A DNA stretch of 64,000 bases. Source: an uncultured Chloroflexia bacterium. Lineage in GTDB: Bacteria > Chloroflexota > Anaerolineae > CG2-30-64-16. Position 1 is the stretch's first letter. Every line of letters begins with the position of its first letter. Below are positions 22,359 through 31,396 of this stretch, piece by piece. Where the stretch lies: NCBI GenBank assembly GCA_963774265.1, contig CAVZDU010000001.1, positions 288,001-352,000 on the forward strand. The letters are read 5' to 3'. The notes below the pieces were generated by a model. That model did no database searches, had not been told where the DNA came from, and was given only the letters and a program-made list of their open reading frames with translations. The translations under genes were made by a program, and so were the position numbers.

Positions 22359-23876
22359 ATGATTGACCGTATCAGGTCCCAGCTAAGTCTATTGGCATAT
22401 CGCGTTTGGCGCTTCACGATCATACTGCCCTGGCTGTTGGCCGCCCAGATAGCCCGGCTGCTGTATGGTTTTCGAGTGGAGGGCATGGAGCATGTGCCAA
22501 CCAAGGGGCCTTTCATCCTGGCCATCCATGAGCACTCGCCAATCAGCATGTTCGTCTCCGGTTTTGTCTCAGCGAGCGTTATGAGCCGGCTGCTGGATGC
22601 GGGTCCCATCAGCACCATGTCCTACATGCATGAAGAGCTGTTCGCCCTGAGCCTGTTCCGCAAGCTCCGGCAGAGAAAAGCCCGTGAAAAATTCGGAGCG
22701 CTCCTGCCGCGTTCGGCGGGCAACCTGGCCATGAGCCTGCTGGATGGATATCGCGTCTTGCGCGAGGGCGGATTGGTCGTCTTGAACCCAGAAGGAGATC
22801 TGCCTTGGGATGGTCGCCCCCTGCCCATCGGGGGGGCGCTGTCCTGGTTAGCGCTTCACTCCGGCGCCCCGGTCGTGCCCGCCCTTTGTTCGCCAGGCGC
22901 CTACGATATCTGGCCGCGCTGGAAGCCACTGCCTCACCTCCGTGGCAACCTTACGCTCAAGATCGGCGCTCCGATTACCCTCACGAGTGCGCCCCGGAGC
23001 ACCTGCACGGACGCGGAGCTGGCCGCGGGGACCGCGCACCTCCGGGCCGAATTTAATCGCCTTCACTACGACGGCGCGGGAGTTGAGGCCTGGATGGGCA
23101 CCCCCACGCGGCATGGGCAACCCATCCAATTTTCACCAGTGGCGACTCTGCAGGCAGGACGGCAGGCGCCGCAGGACGGAAAGACGCCGAACCATCGACG
23201 TGAGCTTGCCCTGCTGCTCTGGCGTTGTCCGGTGTGCCGGACCGAGGACAGTTTGCGGCACGAGCATCCCTGGTTCCGACCCGACGTCCTGACGTGTTTG
23301 GCCTGCGGCACTGGCTGGCAGGTGCGCCGGCAGCCGGGGAGAGACTTCCGCCTGAAGGTCTTAACCGGCCCGCAAGACCTCCTCGGCGTCGAGATGGGGC
23401 TTGCGGCCTGGTTCGACGAAATGAAACGGGAGTTCAGCCTCGTCGCAAGGCAGGTGAATGGTGTGGGGCTTTTGGCTGGCGAACAGGTATATCTGGAAGC
23501 GCCGAATGTGCAGTTGAAACCTCACCAACCTACTGCACTGCTAGACGGCTGGCCGGAACGCGAGGCGCCGCGGGTCCAGCCGCACGGCCGGCCCCAACTG
23601 GCAAGTTGGGCCAATATCGGGAGCGGACGGTTACTGCTGACGAGTCATCGCCTGCTCTGGCAGAACGCGCACACGGAAGTAGACTTCTTCTGGCCAACCA
23701 CAATGGCAGTGTATCTCTGGATGCAGAACACCTTAGGAATCCGGTATGGGGCGGCGCCATATCACTTCACGCTCGGCAAGGAGGCAGGCCTCAAGTGGCT
23801 TTCGTATGCGAATACCCTGGCCCAAGAAGCAGCCCAGCGCAGAGGCAGTCAGTCAACTACTTCCAATCCTGAATAA
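22359..23876 (+). CDS. PlsC-like lysophospholipid acyltransferase with a zinc-ribbon C-terminal extension
   Basis: VEGMEHVP.KGPFILAIHEHS, NPEG, GAPVVP; then CPVC...CLACG and a GRLLLT beta-rich domain. Confidence 0.82.
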   Translation: MIDRIRSQLSLLAYRVWRFTIILPWLLAAQIARLLYGFRVEGMEHVPTKGPFILAIHEHSPISMFVSGFVSASVMSRLLDAGPISTMSYMHEELFALSLFRKLRQRKAREKFGALLPRSAGNLAMSLLDGYRVLREGGLVVLNPEGDLPWDGRPLPIGGALSWLALHSGAPVVPALCSPGAYDIWPRWKPLPHLRGNLTLKIGAPITLTSAPRSTCTDAELAAGTAHLRAEFNRLHYDGAGVEAWMGTPTRHGQPIQFSPVATLQAGRQAPQDGKTPNHRRELALLLWRCPVCRTEDSLRHEHPWFRPDVLTCLACGTGWQVRRQPGRDFRLKVLTGPQDLLGVEMGLAAWFDEMKREFSLVARQVNGVGLLAGEQVYLEAPNVQLKPHQPTALLDGWPEREAPRVQPHGRPQLASWANIGSGRLLLTSHRLLWQNAHTEVDFFWPTTMAVYLWMQNTLGIRYGAAPYHFTLGKEAGLKWLSYANTLAQEAAQRRGSQSTTSNPE

Positions 23877-23951
23877 GCCGGCAAAGCGCACTCTACGATC
23901 GCTCTGAGTAACGAACAGAGCTCAAGCCCTTCAGTCTGCACGCAAACAGGA

Positions 23952-24746
23952 TCATTCCTGCAATTGCTCCATTGTCTCGATGATGCGGCTGGTGCGCTGC
24001 GCCTTGTCTGCCGTGCTTTCGTGGCTAACCTGCCGCACGATCTGGCCGTCCTTCAGAAAGACCGTCCGGTCGGCGTAGGCGGCTGCCCGCGAATCGTGTG
24101 TGACCACGATGATCGTCTGGCCAAGCTCATCACACGACCGGCGCAAGAGGTCCATGATCGCCGTGCCCGTCTTGGAATCCAGGTTGCCGGTTGGTTCGTC
24201 GGCCAGGACGATCGCAGGCTCAGTCACCAGGGCGCGGGCCACAGCCACCCGCTGCTGTTCGCCGCCCGACAGTTGGTCCGGCTTGTGATGCCGGCGGTCG
24301 CTCAGTCCCACCAGTTCCAGCACCGTATCGATGCGCGCCTGATACTTGCTCAGATTCTGCCCATCGATGATGAGTGGCAGAGCGACATTTTCTTCCGCGC
24401 TCAACGTCGGAAGCAGGTTGAAGAATTGAAAGACAAAGCCAACGTTATGGCGCCGCACCAGCGTGGCCTCATTGTCACTTAGAACGGAGAAGCGGTGACC
24501 CGCAAGTGTCACCTCGCCGTCAGAAGGCTTGTCGAGGCCGCCCAACAGGTGCAGCAGGGTCGATTTGCCGCTGCCCGACGGCCCCATGATCGCAACAAAT
24601 TCTCCCTTCTCCACGACGAAATCGACATCAACCAGGGCATTCACCTGGTGCTCGCCCATCACATATTGCTTACCGAGCGAACTTGTCTCCAGAATAGACC
24701 TGCTGCTCAAGATGAAGGCGGTAGGTAGCTGCGGCAGCGATGTCAT
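23952..24746 (-). CDS. ABC transporter ATP-binding protein (LolD/MacB type)
   Basis: GPSGSGKST, LSGGEQQRVA, LADEPTGNLD, VTHD. Confidence 0.95.
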   Translation of the reverse strand: MTSLPQLPTAFILSSRSILETSSLGKQYVMGEHQVNALVDVDFVVEKGEFVAIMGPSGSGKSTLLHLLGGLDKPSDGEVTLAGHRFSVLSDNEATLVRRHNVGFVFQFFNLLPTLSAEENVALPLIIDGQNLSKYQARIDTVLELVGLSDRRHHKPDQLSGGEQQRVAVARALVTEPAIVLADEPTGNLDSKTGTAIMDLLRRSCDELGQTIIVVTHDSRAAAYADRTVFLKDGQIVRQVSHESTADKAQRTSRIIETMEQLQE

Positions 24747-24840
24747 GCCAGTCTCCCCCTTACTAGCCAGTGGACTTTGATCCCCACGAAGGCACTCAAT
24801 TACTGCAGCCTGCCGATGACCCCGAACTCAATGCAGAGCG

Positions 24841-26220
24841 CTACTCCGCAAGAAGCAGGGGCAACCAGCACTCCAGCAGGAATGCCCCTCGCGTTGCCGT
24901 AGGTGATGGCGTCATCGTCATCGATGGCGTGTTGGTCGCCGTCGCGGTCACCGTCGACGTGGATGTGGCAGTCGACGTGGACGTCGCGGTCGGCGTGGGA
25001 AGATGCTCAGGCACGGCGCTGACCTCTGCCGAGGACTGGTGCTCGTTGCCGGAGGCATCGCGACTGCGTACGACATAGTAATATCGGGTTCCACCCACCA
25101 CATCAATATCCTGGTAGGAGGACACGCGTCCTACCGCGGCAAGCGGAACGCCCGAGTATGCCCCGCTCTGCGTACTGCGATAGATGTTGTATCCGGCGAT
25201 TGCGGTATACGCCGGGAAACTCCAACTGACCAGAACGGCGTTCGCTTGCCCCACAGCCGCGACGTCCTGCGGCGCCGTCTGAGCGTCCCGCGTGACGCTC
25301 CCCGCCTGGATGTCCGCCTCCGCATCTTCGCCGTACAGGTAACTGAAGTACTGCGGCTGATCGCGCAAGTAGTAGTTCAGCCAGGCTGTTGTGTAGCGGT
25401 TCGCCAGTCGCACGCGTTCCGCGCTATATTGCCCCCCTCCCAAGAACGTGCAGAGCGTGTAACATGCCGTTCGCTCCAGCGAACCGGGGAAGTCCACAAA
25501 ATCGCAGTGGTTCCCGCCGTCAAGCACCCATAGCGTCTTGTGATCCGAACCTACCACCGGATACATGGAAGTATAGTTTGCAGAGCTGTTGCAACCTTGC
25601 GATGGCGCGCCGATCACGGCCAGGGGTGCGCTGATCTGCGGCGCCTCTGCGGCATAGTCCCACGGGGTGCCCATAAGCTCCGGCGGGTTAACGGGATCCA
25701 GCCCCACAGCCACTTGCACCCTTGGCTCTCGGGCTAAGACCATCAGCGTAGTCAGCCCGCCCAGCGAGTGGCCAAGAAGCCCGAAACGATCGGTGTCGAT
25801 GAGGCCGTAGAACGACGAGGCAGCGTTGACGTTCTCTGCCTCGAGGTAGGAAAAAAGATATTGCACGTCGGCGGCCCGCGCCTCAATGTCCTCGCTCGGG
25901 AAGTCCGCCACAAAGACAATGTAGCCCCAGCTTGCAAGATGGATGCCGTTGCCCGAGTAGTTACCGGAGCTGGACAAAAAGCCGCGTGCAAATACCAGGG
26001 TGGCATAGGGCGCGCCACTGGGATCGATCTGCCCACCACCGGACGGATAGTAAACATCCGTGGCAAGTTCGTCACCGTTGCCCGGATTCGTGAGGGTGAT
26101 CGACATCGAACCCGTCGTGTAAGGCCCTGGATCGCCAGGATCTGAGAGAGGCTCCGATCGCACCCCGGCAGATGTTCCCAACAACAGGGCAATACAGACA
26201 ACAAGAGAAACCCAGCGCAT
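24841..26220 (-). CDS. Secreted alpha/beta hydrolase (chlorophyllase/cutinase-like) with FnIII domain, Thr-rich linker and C-terminal LPLL tail
   Basis: Signal peptide, PGPY, GHSLGG nucleophile elbow, LDPV, NHCDF; FnIII motifs GYNIYRS and YYYVVRS; PT/ST repeats; ends CWLPLLLAE. Confidence 0.85.
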   Translation of the reverse strand: MRWVSLVVCIALLLGTSAGVRSEPLSDPGDPGPYTTGSMSITLTNPGNGDELATDVYYPSGGGQIDPSGAPYATLVFARGFLSSSGNYSGNGIHLASWGYIVFVADFPSEDIEARAADVQYLFSYLEAENVNAASSFYGLIDTDRFGLLGHSLGGLTTLMVLAREPRVQVAVGLDPVNPPELMGTPWDYAAEAPQISAPLAVIGAPSQGCNSSANYTSMYPVVGSDHKTLWVLDGGNHCDFVDFPGSLERTACYTLCTFLGGGQYSAERVRLANRYTTAWLNYYLRDQPQYFSYLYGEDAEADIQAGSVTRDAQTAPQDVAAVGQANAVLVSWSFPAYTAIAGYNIYRSTQSGAYSGVPLAAVGRVSSYQDIDVVGGTRYYYVVRSRDASGNEHQSSAEVSAVPEHLPTPTATSTSTATSTSTVTATATNTPSMTMTPSPTATRGAFLLECWLPLLLAE

Positions 26221-26342
26221 GCTTGGGACCCTCCCGAGAACACATTGTAAGCATCACCAACAGGCGATAGGCGTTAAGGAAGTCCGGCCCGGGGTCACTC
26301 AAGTCATGCGGCGGATCTGTCGGCCATCCACGCCACGTTCGC

Positions 26343-27694
26343 CTATTCGATCGTCACCGTGGCGGTCATGTTCCAGCGGAGGCGCTCCTCGTAATTGTCA
26401 GGCTGGACGACCACGGTGTAGGTCATCTCGCCTTGCTTCTTGGCGCCCATCGGTTTGATCCGGACGACCTTGCCGGTCAACGTCACCCCGGGCAGCGCAT
26501 CGAACTCCAGGTTCACCGGCGCGCCTTCTTTGACTTTGACCACATCCAGCTCGGTCAGGTCGTCGGTCTCGATGTGCCAGGCCGCAAGATCGGCCAGCTG
26601 CATCACCGGCGTCCCCGCCAGGACCTGTTCGCCGACCACCGGCGCAATCTCGGCCACCGTCCCGGCGAAAGGCGCCTTCAACTCGGCATCGCTCAAGGCC
26701 GTGCGCGCCTCCTTCAGGCTGGCTTGCGCCGCAGCCAGGTTCGCCTCGGCCGCCTGCACGGTCTCAGATCGCGCGCCCGCTTGCAGCAGGTCGAACTGCG
26801 CCTGGGCGCGGCGGAGCTCGGCCTCGGCCGCCGCCAGGTCTTCGGCCCGTGCCGGGGCGCTGAGGCTGGCGAGCTGGGCCTGCGCCTGGCGCACCTGCGC
26901 CCGCGCCGCCGCCAGGTCGCCGGGGCGCGCGCCGCGTTTCACATCCTCCAGCCGGGCCCTGGCCGCATTGAAGGCGTTAGTCGCTTGTTCCAGCGCCAAG
27001 GCTTCGGGCCGGCGGCCAATATCGGACGAGCCGGCCACGGCGTCATAGACTGCCTGGGCTTGGCGTAGCGCCGCCTCCGCATTGGCCAGGTCGGCGGTGG
27101 CCGCGATCACCTGGGGTTGGGTGGCGCCTTCCCGGACTTGCTGCAGGTTCGCGGTCGCACCATCCACCACAGCCTGGGCCGCGGCAATGTCTTCCGGCTT
27201 CCCACCGGCTTTGATCATGGCCACCTGGCCCGCGGCCGCGTCGACGGCCGCCTGGGCACTCTGGAGCTCCTCGGCCCGCGCGCGGCCGTGAGCTCGTCCA
27301 ACTGGGCCTGGCTGCGTGCGACGCCCGCCTCGGCCTGGGCGACGGCCGCCTCCAGGCGCGCTTGCCGCAGGCGCAACAGGGGCTGACCCGCCGCAACCTG
27401 CTCTCCCTCCGCCACGAGCACCTCCCCCACGATGCCGCTAACCGGCATGCTGAGCGAAGCCTCCAGGGCCGGCACGACCACGCCGTCGGCCACAACCTTG
27501 TCGGGCACGCGCACGGGCTGCGGAGTCGCAGTTGGCGCTGCGCTGCCCGCGGCCGGTGCACCGCCGGTGCATCCCGCCAAGGCGATCAACACGCCGAGCA
27601 ATGCCAGGAGGGCCCAGACTGGGCCTACCCCACCCAAGGACCGCCGGGTCCGCCGGATGTCGTTGAACCTCGTGTTTGCTGGGAACCCGTTCAT
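26343..27694 (-). CDS. HlyD-family efflux membrane-fusion lipoprotein (frameshift near 27280)
   Basis: Lipobox LAGC, SGIVGEVLVAEGEQV, long Ala-rich coiled coil, LKAPFAGTV, LRWNMTATV. Confidence 0.88.
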
Positions 27695-27714
27695 GGCCTG
27701 CCTCCGTCTTTCTG

Positions 27715-27831
27715 TCAACGCTGATAGTCGTAGGCCAGCACCTGAAGTACGCCGAGGTTGGCCGCCGGCTGGACCAGGAGGTCGCCGCCGGCAACCGGGA
27801 TCACGACCACCAGGGCAAGCCGGTGCACCAT
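27715..27831 (-). pseudogene. Probable remnant of the C-terminus of an FtsX-type ABC permease
   Basis: LALVVVIPVAGGDLLVQPAANLGVLQVLAYD resembles permease ends of the type ..PARRAARLTVREVLAYE; lies directly upstream of the MFP gene. Confidence 0.45.
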
Positions 27832-27889
27832 GCAGTCGATCGAAGCGCCAATAAGGAGAACAAAAACACCAAACCCTGTTTCAGTTAAG

Positions 27890-27918
27890 ACTATACCCGG
27901 AACGGGCTGACGTGTCAA
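27890..27918 (-). promoter_or_regulatory. sigma70-like promoter of the MFP-hydrolase-ATPase unit
   Basis: TTGACA-17 nt-TATAGT on the minus strand. Confidence 0.7.
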
Positions 27919-28168
27919 GCCAAATGATCACTTGCGACCCCGCCTGCCAGACATGGCGACGGCCGCCGGTGTTTTGCGAATGAAGATCGCGGGTTCATCC
28001 GGGCGTGGTTGATTGGCCCCTGCGGCTACTTTGTGCTATACTAAATCATCCTAATTGCAGCGTTGAGTTATGCTTTCGAGCCCTTGGAGATGGGGTATCA
28101 CACCGCCCTGCGGCGTAAGCGTCTCCAAGGGATCTCGAAGGCTGATCGTGACCTCAGGAGGTATCGCC

Positions 28169-29356
28169 GTGCGTCTGTCCGTCATGCAAGAAAACCTCGC
28201 CAAGGGCCTGTCCATTGTCGGCCGCGCGGTCTCTTCGCGCAGCACACTGCCCGTGCTGAGCAACATCCTGCTGAGCACAGACGAAGATCGGCTGAAGCTC
28301 GCAGCGACCAACCTCGAAGTCGGGGTCAGCTGTTGGTTGGGCGGCCAGATCGAGGACGATGGCGCGGTCACCCTGCCCGCGCGCCTTCTCACCGACTGGG
28401 TCAACTCGATGCAGGCGGGCCGCATCGATATGGAGCTCAGCGTGCGCACCATGAGCGTCCATCTCCGGAGCGGCCGGTCAGAGTCGAACATCAAGGGGAT
28501 CGACGCCAGCGAGTTCCCACTGATCCCCACGGCCGACGGCGAGCAGCCGCTCGGCCTGCCCCCGGCCACCATCCGGCAGATCATCGACCAGGTGGTCTTC
28601 GCCGCGGCCGATGCCAAGGATACCAGCCGCCCAGCGCTGACCGGTGTGTTGGCGAAATTTGAAGGGGACCGCCTGACGCTTGCTGCGACCGATGGCTACC
28701 GGCTCTCCGTGCGCCGCACCATCCTCCCTTCCGCCGCACCCACAGACGCAACGGTCATCATCCCCGCGCGCTCCCTGTCTGAGGTCAGCCGCATCAGCGG
28801 TGAAGCTGACGCGGACCGGCCCGTCGATTTCGCGGTGGCCAGCGCGCGCAACCAGATTCTCTTCCGGCTTTACGGCAAGGGCGAGGGTGACAAGGGCGGC
28901 GCCTTCCACCAGGTCGACCTGGTGTCCCAGCTCATCGATGCGAAGTTCCCGGACTTCAACGCGATCATTCCCAAGAACTGCGTCACGCGCACCGTGCTCG
29001 ACACCGGCGCGTTCCTGCGCGGCCTCAAGGTCGCGTCGCTGTTCGCCCGCGATGCCTCCGACCGCGTCGTGTTCACCATCACCCCCGGCGCGGACACGGA
29101 GCCGGGACAGTTGACGATCCGTGCCACCTCTCAAGAGGCCGGCGACAATGTCAGCGATCTGGATGCATTGGTCGAAGGGACGCCCGTTGAGATCGCCTTC
29201 AACGTCCGCTACCTGATGGACGTGCTGAACGTGATCGACACGCCGCAGGTCGTGCTTGAAACCACGCGCTCCGACCGCCCCGGCGTAATCCGCCCCGTGG
29301 GCGCGGGGCCGGAAGAGTTCACGCACGTCATCATGCCCATGCAGATCCAGAAGTAG
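28169..29356 (+). CDS. dnaN: DNA polymerase III beta sliding clamp
   Basis: GTG start after AGGAGG; LPVLSNILL, ATNLE, RPALTGV, ATDGYRL, FNVRYLMD, IMPM. Confidence 0.96.
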   Translation: MRLSVMQENLAKGLSIVGRAVSSRSTLPVLSNILLSTDEDRLKLAATNLEVGVSCWLGGQIEDDGAVTLPARLLTDWVNSMQAGRIDMELSVRTMSVHLRSGRSESNIKGIDASEFPLIPTADGEQPLGLPPATIRQIIDQVVFAAADAKDTSRPALTGVLAKFEGDRLTLAATDGYRLSVRRTILPSAAPTDATVIIPARSLSEVSRISGEADADRPVDFAVASARNQILFRLYGKGEGDKGGAFHQVDLVSQLIDAKFPDFNAIIPKNCVTRTVLDTGAFLRGLKVASLFARDASDRVVFTITPGADTEPGQLTIRATSQEAGDNVSDLDALVEGTPVEIAFNVRYLMDVLNVIDTPQVVLETTRSDRPGVIRPVGAGPEEFTHVIMPMQIQK

Positions 29357-29365
29357 TCAGGCGTT

Positions 29366-30565
29366 GTGCGGCTCCACCACCTCTCGCTGACGAACTTCCG
29401 CAATTACACGCGGCTGGAGCTAAGCCTCCCCGCTCGCCTGAGCGTGTTCCAGGGCGGTAACGCCCAGGGCAAAACCAACCTCCTGGAAGCAATCCATCTG
29501 CTGGCCACCGCCCGATCGCCCCGGGCGGCGGCCGAGCGCGAGCTGATTAACTGGCTGGCGCTGGAAGGCCCCTTGCCCTACGCGCGGCTGACGGCCGAGA
29601 TCGGTGACGGGGATACGGTGGACCGGCTGGAGCTGGTGCTGGAGCTAAGCACCAATGGCGGCGGTCTCGGCCCCCTGGTGCGCAAACAGGTGCGCATCAA
29701 CGGAGTCGCCAAGCGCGGTCTCGATCTGATCGGCAGGCTGCGTGTGGTGTTATTCCTGCCTGAGGACGTCAGCCTGGTGGCGGGTGCTCCGGGAGAGCGC
29801 CGGCGCTACCTCGATATCGCGCTCTGCCAGATCGATCACGCGTACTGCCGCGCGCTCACACAATATAACAAGGTCCTCGCACAGCGCAACGCACTGCTTA
29901 AGCGGTTGCGCGATGAAGGTGGCGACGCAGGACAATTGACCTTCTGGGATGAACAGATGGCAGGGCACGGAGCTCGCGTGCTGGGCCGGCGAGCGCGCGC
30001 CGTTTACAGCCTGGATGATCTGGCGCGGACTCGGCACCGGGAACTGTCGGGCGGCTCAGAGTGGCTGGCGCTGACCTATCTGCCCAGTCCAGCGCAGCCG
30101 GCAGCAGCCGCCAGGCAGGAGGACGCGGCGAATGGGCTTGCCTACGCCGAAATACCGCTCGAACAGATGGCGGAGTCATTGACCGCGCACCTGCGTGCGC
30201 AACGCCTCCGCGACATCGCAGCAGGTACTACGCTGTCCGGACCGCACCGCGACGATCTCGCGTTCCTGGCTGACGGCCGCGACTTGCGCACCTACGGCTC
30301 ACGCGGGCAGCAGCGAACCGCGGTGCTGGCCACGAAACTGGCAGAAGTCCAAATGATGCGCGAGGTCACCGGCGAAAGCCCGCTCTTGCTCCTGGACGAT
30401 GTCATGTCTGAGTTGGATGGGGCGAGGCGACACGCCATGCTGGATGCGCTGGCTGGGGTCGATCAGGCGTTGGTGACAGCCACGGATTGGTCCGATTTCA
30501 GCGAGGAGTTGCTGGCGCACTCCCGCCGCTATCACGTAGACGCAGGTCGCTTGACTGAAACCTAA
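29366..30565 (+). CDS. recF: DNA replication/repair protein RecF
   Basis: NFRNY, GGNAQGKTNLLEAI, GPHRDDL, GSRGQQR, LLLDDVMSELD. Confidence 0.96.
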   Translation: MRLHHLSLTNFRNYTRLELSLPARLSVFQGGNAQGKTNLLEAIHLLATARSPRAAAERELINWLALEGPLPYARLTAEIGDGDTVDRLELVLELSTNGGGLGPLVRKQVRINGVAKRGLDLIGRLRVVLFLPEDVSLVAGAPGERRRYLDIALCQIDHAYCRALTQYNKVLAQRNALLKRLRDEGGDAGQLTFWDEQMAGHGARVLGRRARAVYSLDDLARTRHRELSGGSEWLALTYLPSPAQPAAAARQEDAANGLAYAEIPLEQMAESLTAHLRAQRLRDIAAGTTLSGPHRDDLAFLADGRDLRTYGSRGQQRTAVLATKLAEVQMMREVTGESPLLLLDDVMSELDGARRHAMLDALAGVDQALVTATDWSDFSEELLAHSRRYHVDAGRLTET

Positions 30566-30595
30566 AAGGCCCGAAATCATCCCGGGCCAACCGCC

Positions 30596-31373
30596 TCAGG
30601 TGGCCTCTTCCTCGGCCTCTTCCACGGGCTTGCATCCCAGGGGATGCTTATGCGGCAGGCCCCGTCCGCGCGGATAACCATCCGGCGTTTGCGCAACCTT
30701 GTCGATCACGACAAGCACGCGCGTCTCGGCGAGTCCGGGGATTTCAACCGGGATCAGCTTGGTCAAGTGGCCGCCAAGGGTGCGGATGCCCTGCTCCGCG
30801 CACATCGCCTCTTCGTGCGCGGCCGAGCCCTTGTAAGCCACCACGCGGCCACCCCGCCGGGCCAGGGGCAGCAGGTATTCCACCAACGTGGGCAGCGTGG
30901 CGACCGCGCGCGCCAACACCAGGTCGTAACCTGCCCGGTGCGGCTCCTTGAGCCCAAGCTCCTCTGCACGACCCTGGACCAACTGTACGTCGTTGAACCC
31001 CAGTTTCCGGGCCACATGCTCCAGGAAACGCACCTTTTTCCCTGTCGCCTCGATCAGGCAGATGCGCGCCCGGGGCCACACGATCCGCAGCGCCAGGCCG
31101 GGAAAGCCTGCGCCAGCGCCAACGTCGACCATGCGCAGGTTGCGCGGCAAGCAGCGCAGGGGCGGAGATGCCCTCCTGGCTGGCCAGGGCCGGGATAAGC
31201 GCGAGCGAGTCGAGAAAATGGCGCGTTTCAACTTGCTCCGGCTCGGTGATCGCGGTGAGGTTGAACTGTTGGTTCCATTCCAACAGCTCCTGGCTATAGA
31301 CGTAAAATGCGGCGAGCTGTGCCGGCGAGAGGTTGAGGCCCAGTTGCGCCGCGCCAGAGAGTAGGCGTTCCAT
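30596..31373 (-). CDS. rsmG: 16S rRNA m7G527 methyltransferase (frameshift near 31150-31190)
   Basis: WNQQFNLTAI, HFLDSL, DVGAGAGFPG, GRAEE, ARAVA, YPR..G.P. Confidence 0.92.
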
Positions 31374-31396
31374 CGCCCAATATTCTACCACGTATT

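Noticed and set aside
24900-25000. Repetitive GTC/GGC-rich tract
   Set aside because: It encodes the Thr/Pro/Ser linker of the secreted hydrolase, not a DNA repeat element or CRISPR.
27920-28168. Possible oriC upstream of dnaN
   Set aside because: No DnaA boxes, no AT-rich unwinding element and no dnaA.
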